Source of the DNA: Candidatus Pelearchaeum maunauluense
Lineage (GTDB): Archaea > Thermoproteota > Nitrososphaeria_A > Caldarchaeales > Caldarchaeaceae
DNA length: 64,000 nucleotides
Direction of reading: 5' to 3'
NCBI GenBank assembly: GCA_030059675.1
Contig: JANVYQ010000001.1
Coordinates: 256,001-320,000 of the forward strand
Both the position numbers and the translations under genes were made by a program. A model generated the notes under the pieces. The model saw nothing but the letters and a program-made list of their open reading frames with translations. It did not search any database and was not told where the DNA came from. Below are positions 59,328-64,000 of this stretch, one piece after another; position 1 is the stretch's first letter, and each line of letters starts with the position of its first letter.

Positions 59328-60092
59328 TTGGAGAGAGCCAGGGAAATCGAGGTTCTCAAGCTATATAGAGTATTCAGAGGTAGGAAAGAATATGCTATAT
59401 CGCTCCTAGCTCTGGCGGTAGCGTGGGAAATAGCATCTTACATATTCCCACCATACGCGGTCCCAAGCTGGTCAATAATACTCAAGACACTAATTTCACT
59501 CGACTTCACACACGCCTACATCACGGTAATACGCGTCCTCCTAGCTCTGGCGGCAGCCTTCGCGGTAGGCTTTCTCCTCGCGGTAATCATGTACCTCTCG
59601 CGCAGAATTGAGCGATACATATTGCCCTTGGTTAATCTCGTAATGGCTGTTCCAGCAATATGCTGGGTTCTCTTCGCTATTCTCTGGTTCAAAGAGCCTG
59701 AGTTCAGGATATTCTTCGTGCTGGTAGCTGTCTGCGGGCCTGGATTCCTGATAGATATCCTGGACGGTATGAAGAATATACCGCGTCACTTGAGGGAGAT
59801 GCTCGTATCGTTTAGGCCGTCCAAGAACCAGCTTGTCAGAAAGCTCATACTTCCCGCAATAGTGCCCTCAATACTAACTACCTGGAAGATTAACCTAGGT
59901 CTGGCCGTAAGGGTGGTTACAGTAGCAGAACTCGTCGGAACAATATCAGGTATAGGATACGCTCTAAACTTCGCCCTGGGAAACCTAAGCCTCGCAGAAA
60001 TATTCGCATGGTCACTCGTACTAGTAACAATCCTATTATCTCTACAGGGTGTGGTTTACATGCTTGAGGCTAGGCTTCTTAAATGGCGGTGA
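59328..60092 (+). CDS. NitT/TauT ABC permease
   Basis: VPAICW, LPAIVP and VAELVG..GIG. Confidence 0.88.
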   Translation: MERAREIEVLKLYRVFRGRKEYAISLLALAVAWEIASYIFPPYAVPSWSIILKTLISLDFTHAYITVIRVLLALAAAFAVGFLLAVIMYLSRRIERYILPLVNLVMAVPAICWVLFAILWFKEPEFRIFFVLVAVCGPGFLIDILDGMKNIPRHLREMLVSFRPSKNQLVRKLILPAIVPSILTTWKINLGLAVRVVTVAELVGTISGIGYALNFALGNLSLAEIFAWSLVLVTILLSLQGVVYMLEARLLKWR

Positions 60093-60098
60093 TTTGGT

Positions 60099-60887
60099 GT
60101 GCCACGTATAGTGGTGGAGAACCTTAGGAAGGAGTTTGGACAGCAGAAAGGCGAGCAGAGGGTAGTAGCTATTGAAGAGCTTAGCTTCACCATAGAGGAG
60201 TCGGAGATTGTTAGCATAGTAGGCCAGACAGGATGCGGTAAATCAACATTCCTCAGAATATTGTTGGGCGTGGATTCACCAACCAGTGGACGGGTGTTGG
60301 TTGACGGTATAGAGCCCTATAAGGAGTTTGATAAGTTGAAGGGTAAGATTGCCGCGGTCTTTCAGGAGGATAGGCTTCTCCCATGGAGAACTGCTCTGGA
60401 TAATGCGAAGCTGGGGCTTGAGATACTTGGGATACCTAAGGAGGAGCAGCGGGAGAGGGCTGCGCGTTGGCTTGATAGGCTTGGGCTGGCTGGCTTTCAT
60501 AATGCTTATCCGTCAGAACTAAGCGGAGGTATGAGGCAGAGGGTAGCACTAGCACGTGCTCTCGCAATAGAACCTGCCATAATACTCTTTGACGAAGCCT
60601 TCGGCCATCTTGACGAGGTAACGGCAGCGCGTCTAAGGTCAGACTTCCTAAACCTTAGCAAGCAACAAAGATACACAACAGTTATGATAACTCACAACTT
60701 GGATGAAGCGATAGAATCCACTAATAGGATTCTAGTTTTTGGAAGACCAGCCAAGCTACTGGCTGATATAAACCTGAGCTATGTGGATAAAAGTGATTTG
60801 GCTGAGGTCTATCGTCTCCGCAGGTTGATTCAGTCAGTTATTGAGAGTAATCGTCCACTGGAGTCTGTAGGTGCGCAGACATTTTAG
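60099..60887 (+). CDS. NitT/TauT ABC ATPase
   Basis: [26 protein letters not shown] and ITHNLDEA. Confidence 0.92.
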   Translation: MPRIVVENLRKEFGQQKGEQRVVAIEELSFTIEESEIVSIVGQTGCGKSTFLRILLGVDSPTSGRVLVDGIEPYKEFDKLKGKIAAVFQEDRLLPWRTALDNAKLGLEILGIPKEEQRERAARWLDRLGLAGFHNAYPSELSGGMRQRVALARALAIEPAIILFDEAFGHLDEVTAARLRSDFLNLSKQQRYTTVMITHNLDEAIESTNRILVFGRPAKLLADINLSYVDKSDLAEVYRLRRLIQSVIESNRPLESVGAQTF

Positions 60888-62152
60888 AATTGGGTTGCCT
60901 CGGTTGAGCCGCAGAGCGCCGCCCTATCCGCGCCCTCGCCCAGAACTATCCTTAACACCTCGTCGTAGTAGCCTGTGCCTACGAAGCTTTGGTGCTTCAC
61001 AGCCCTGTAGCCTGTCTTCTCCAGCTCAAACTCGTGTTGCTGTAGCTTGACATAAGCCGGCAGCCCTGTCTCGGCCATCCCTCTGGCCAGCTCGTACATG
61101 GAAGCGTTGAGCGAGTGGAAGCCTGCTAGAGTTATGAACTGGAACTTATACCCCATCTCGCCCAGCCGCTGCTGGAACCCGGCTATCGTCTCCTCATCTA
61201 GGTTCTTACGCCAGTTGAATGAGGGTGAGAGGTTGTATGCCAGCATCTTGTTGGGATGTTCGCGGCGTATGGCTTCTGCGAACCGTCTAGCCTCCTCTAG
61301 GTCTGGCTTGGATGTCTCAAACCAAATCATGTCGGCGTATGGTGCGTAAGCTAGGCCGCGCGCTATCGCAGCCTCAAGCCCGCCGCGCATCACGTAATAG
61401 CCCTCGGGGGTCCTCTCACCAGTTATGAACCGCCTATCGCGCGCATCTACGTCGCTGGTTATGTACTGCGCTCCCAGGGCGTCTGTTCTCGCTATGAGTA
61501 TTGTTGGCACTCCCAGGACGTCGGCCGCAAGGCGCGCGGCTATGAGAATCTTCACGAAGCTCCGGGTGGGGACTAGGACCTTGCCCCCAAGGTGGCCACA
61601 GCGCCTCTCGCTAGGTGATTGGTCTTCAAAATGCACGCCAGCCGCGCCGGCTTCTATCATGGCCTTCATAAGCTCAAAGGCGTGGAGCGGCCCTCCGAAG
61701 CCTGCTTCGCCGTCAGCCACGATGGGGACGAAGTAATCCACGCGCGGCCCGCCGTTGAGGTGCTTTATCTGGTCAGCCCTCTGGAGCGCCTGCACTATCC
61801 TCTTCACAAGTATTGGGACGCTGTTGGACGGGTATAGCCCTAGGTCTGGGTACATCTGCCCCGCAGCATTAGCGTCTGCCGCTACCTGCCAGCCGCTTAC
61901 GTAAATCGCCCTAAGCCCAGCCTCAACCATCTGTATCGCCTGGTTCCCAGTGAGAGCACCCATCGCCGAGATGTATGGCATGGTAGCTAGCTGGCGCCAG
62001 AACTTCTCAGCACCAAGCCTGGCTACCGTGTATTCTATCTTGAGCGAACCGCGCAGCCTGAGCACATCCTCAGCCGTATAAGGCCTTGCTATGCCCCTCC
62101 ACCTCTCGGAGCGCCACTCCTCCTCAATTAAGCGTATCTCAGCCTCGCGCAA
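60884..62152 (-). CDS. aceA: Isocitrate lyase
   Basis: [49 protein letters not shown] and GSTE..QF. Confidence 0.95.
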   Translation of the reverse strand: MREAEIRLIEEEWRSERWRGIARPYTAEDVLRLRGSLKIEYTVARLGAEKFWRQLATMPYISAMGALTGNQAIQMVEAGLRAIYVSGWQVAADANAAGQMYPDLGLYPSNSVPILVKRIVQALQRADQIKHLNGGPRVDYFVPIVADGEAGFGGPLHAFELMKAMIEAGAAGVHFEDQSPSERRCGHLGGKVLVPTRSFVKILIAARLAADVLGVPTILIARTDALGAQYITSDVDARDRRFITGERTPEGYYVMRGGLEAAIARGLAYAPYADMIWFETSKPDLEEARRFAEAIRREHPNKMLAYNLSPSFNWRKNLDEETIAGFQQRLGEMGYKFQFITLAGFHSLNASMYELARGMAETGLPAYVKLQQHEFELEKTGYRAVKHQSFVGTGYYDEVLRIVLGEGADRAALCGSTEATQF

Positions 62153-62310
62153 GGTTATTCACCGTTTGTTGGTGAGCGGTGGGATTGGCGCAATACTATA
62201 TGAATATAACGTATATGTCATATGATTTTACATGAAACTTACGTAAAAAACTAAAGGTAACATATTTTAAGCCTGCGTCTTACCTATTTGTGCTTTACGG
62301 GTGGCAGTAG

Positions 62311-63345
62311 TTGAGAATAGAGTACAGGCGGCTCCAGCTCTCGGCCATGGGTAGCTATCTCGTGACGATTCCGCGGCAGTGGGTTGAGGAGCTGGGCTGG
62401 GATAAGGGTACTAGGCTTGTGCTGTGCCTTGAGGGGGGTAGGATTACGATAGCGTCTGAGACCAGGTCGGCGCAGCCGCGTAGGTCTACGCACACGATAT
62501 ACATAGAGGACTTTCCAAACCGTAAGTTTCTGGAGCTATGCATAAACGCCTCCTACATACAGGGGAATGACGTAACTGAGATTCTCTCGCGCGAGAAGCT
62601 GAAGTCTGAGCATCGTAAGTGGATTCGCGACGCTCTGGATAGTGTTGTGGGTGCTGAGATTGCCGAGGAGTACTCGGATAGGGTTATACTCCAGAGCCTT
62701 GTTGACCCGCTGAAGTTCCATATCAACGCTGTGGTGAGCAGGTTCTCTGTGGTGGCTATGGCTGTTTATACCGACGCCGTGAAGGCTCTCTACATAGGAG
62801 ACCGCGACCTCGCGCTAGACGCTTATGAGCGGGGCAAGGACAGCGCGAAGCTCTACCGCCTCCTCATGAGGCAGGTCGTAGAATGCGCGCGGAACCCAGA
62901 GCTTGCGGCGCGTATGGAGATGCCAGACCCAGGTGAGGTGATAGTCATGGCGCTCACGGTGCGGGAGCTGAGCAGGATAGCATACTACGCCATGCGCATA
63001 GCAGAGCACGCGGCGGAGATAGCAGAGGCAGGCCTTGACGACGAGATACTAAACATAATCTCAGAAACACATGCCGCCGCTATGAGCCTGCATAGGAACG
63101 GGATGCAGGCACTGCAGGAGAAGAGCCTACATCTCGCGAGCAAGGTGATAGATGATATGGAAACGCTCCGCGAGCTGTTTGACAGGGGGCTGAGCTACAT
63201 CATGTCTGGGAAGCTCAAGCCAGAGGTGGCTAGGCACGTGTTGTTCATATTGAGGAACTTTAGGGCGATAGGTGGCTATGCTGTTGGGCTTGCCGACAAC
63301 GCGACGCTCAGAATATTCTCGCGGAGCGTTTCATCTGAACCTTAG
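62311..63345 (+). CDS. AbrB/PhoU family transcription regulator (paralog of 5373-6434)
   Basis: RRLQLSAMGSYLVTIPRQWV plus PhoU repeats; divergent from aceA. Confidence 0.85.
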   Translation: MRIEYRRLQLSAMGSYLVTIPRQWVEELGWDKGTRLVLCLEGGRITIASETRSAQPRRSTHTIYIEDFPNRKFLELCINASYIQGNDVTEILSREKLKSEHRKWIRDALDSVVGAEIAEEYSDRVILQSLVDPLKFHINAVVSRFSVVAMAVYTDAVKALYIGDRDLALDAYERGKDSAKLYRLLMRQVVECARNPELAARMEMPDPGEVIVMALTVRELSRIAYYAMRIAEHAAEIAEAGLDDEILNIISETHAAAMSLHRNGMQALQEKSLHLASKVIDDMETLRELFDRGLSYIMSGKLKPEVARHVLFILRNFRAIGGYAVGLADNATLRIFSRSVSSEP

Positions 63346-64000
63346 CAGGGGAAAAGCCAGAGCTATTATCGCGAGCGTTACCCCGTCATCACCCAGCACG
63401 CCTACCCAGAGGGGTATCAGACCAGCTATTCCAAGCGTGATGAGAGACAGCTTCAGCCCTATCGCGAGCAGTAGGTTTGCCTTGAGCGTCTTCACAAGCC
63501 TCCTGCTCAGCCTGATTAGATACTCAACTATGCGGAGGTCGTTCCCCATTAGGGCTACGTCGGCAGCCTCTATCGCTATGTCATTACCAGCAGTCCCCAC
63601 GGCTACGCCGACATCAGCGGCCGCCAACACTGCGGCGTCATTAACACCATCGCCAACCATCATCACTGGCCCATAACGCTGCCGAAGTTCCCTGACCACG
63701 CGAACCTTATCCTCTGGTAGTAGGCCAGCATAATACTCGTCTATCCCCAGATGCTCGGCCACCTCGCGCGCCGCGCGTTCGTCATCGCCCGTGAGCATGA
63801 CAACCGTAATGCCTAGGCGCTTAATCTTCTGAACAGCCTCACGCGCCTCTGGCCGCGGGGTGTCGGAGAGGCTTATCGTCCCAGCAAACCTGTTATTCAC
63901 GGCCACGTCAACGACTGAGCCGCGCAGCTCCTCATGAACCACGTGGCTATGGTTTGCCTGCGAATTCACGAATGAGTGGCGGCCAATCATTATCAGCTGG
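63331..64000 (-). CDS. P1B-type heavy-metal ATPase, C-terminal part (runs off window)
   Basis: MLTGD, LLPEDK, VGDGVNDA and EAADVAL. Confidence 0.9.
   Translation of the reverse strand, partial: QLIMIGRHSFVNSQANHSHVVHEELRGSVVDVAVNNRFAGTISLSDTPRPEAREAVQKIKRLGITVVMLTGDDERAAREVAEHLGIDEYYAGLLPEDKVRVVRELRQRYGPVMMVGDGVNDAAVLAAADVGVAVGTAGNDIAIEAADVALMGNDLRIVEYLIRLSRRLVKTLKANLLLAIGLKLSLITLGIAGLIPLWVGVLGDDGVTLAIIALAFPLLRFR

Noticed and set aside
513-63676. Numerous antisense and alternate-frame ORFs in the track (e.g. 2605-3174, 16385-16981, 35472-36170)
   Set aside because: They overlap well-supported genes and show no recognisable motifs.

Overview
Archaeal chromosomal segment. Cdc6/Orc1 with ORB boxes, PINA ATPase, a group II chaperonin fold, UPF0148, TATA promoters and CCA-less tRNAs mark it as archaeal. 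A thermophilic Thermoproteota such as Caldarchaeales/'Aigarchaeota' is my inference from gene content and is unverified. The window holds a probable replication origin beside cdc6, tRNA-Lys(TTT) with an adjacent tyrosine integrase, tRNA-Gly(TCC) and a candidate C/D sRNA. Metabolic loci include an FdrA/DUF1116/amidase group, a ~13 kb hydantoin-type catabolic island (2x DUF917 plus hydantoinase-A, a racemase and an ABC importer), an unusual B12 acyl-CoA mutase locus, and isocitrate lyase with a malyl-CoA-lyase-like gene. There is also a head-tail provirus relic, an IS1595 relic and many pseudogenes. The three best novelty candidates are: (1) an unannotated 50-aa pre-peptide (signal peptide plus GPPLPGWDLS) facing a tandem Lrp-like regulator, which looks like an archaeal peptide-signalling pair; (2) a full-length thermosome paralog lacking its ATPase motifs, placed at the end of the ABC importer gene run; (3) an acyl-CoA mutase with non-canonical specificity residues. 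All family calls come from motif recognition by eye; no searches were run.
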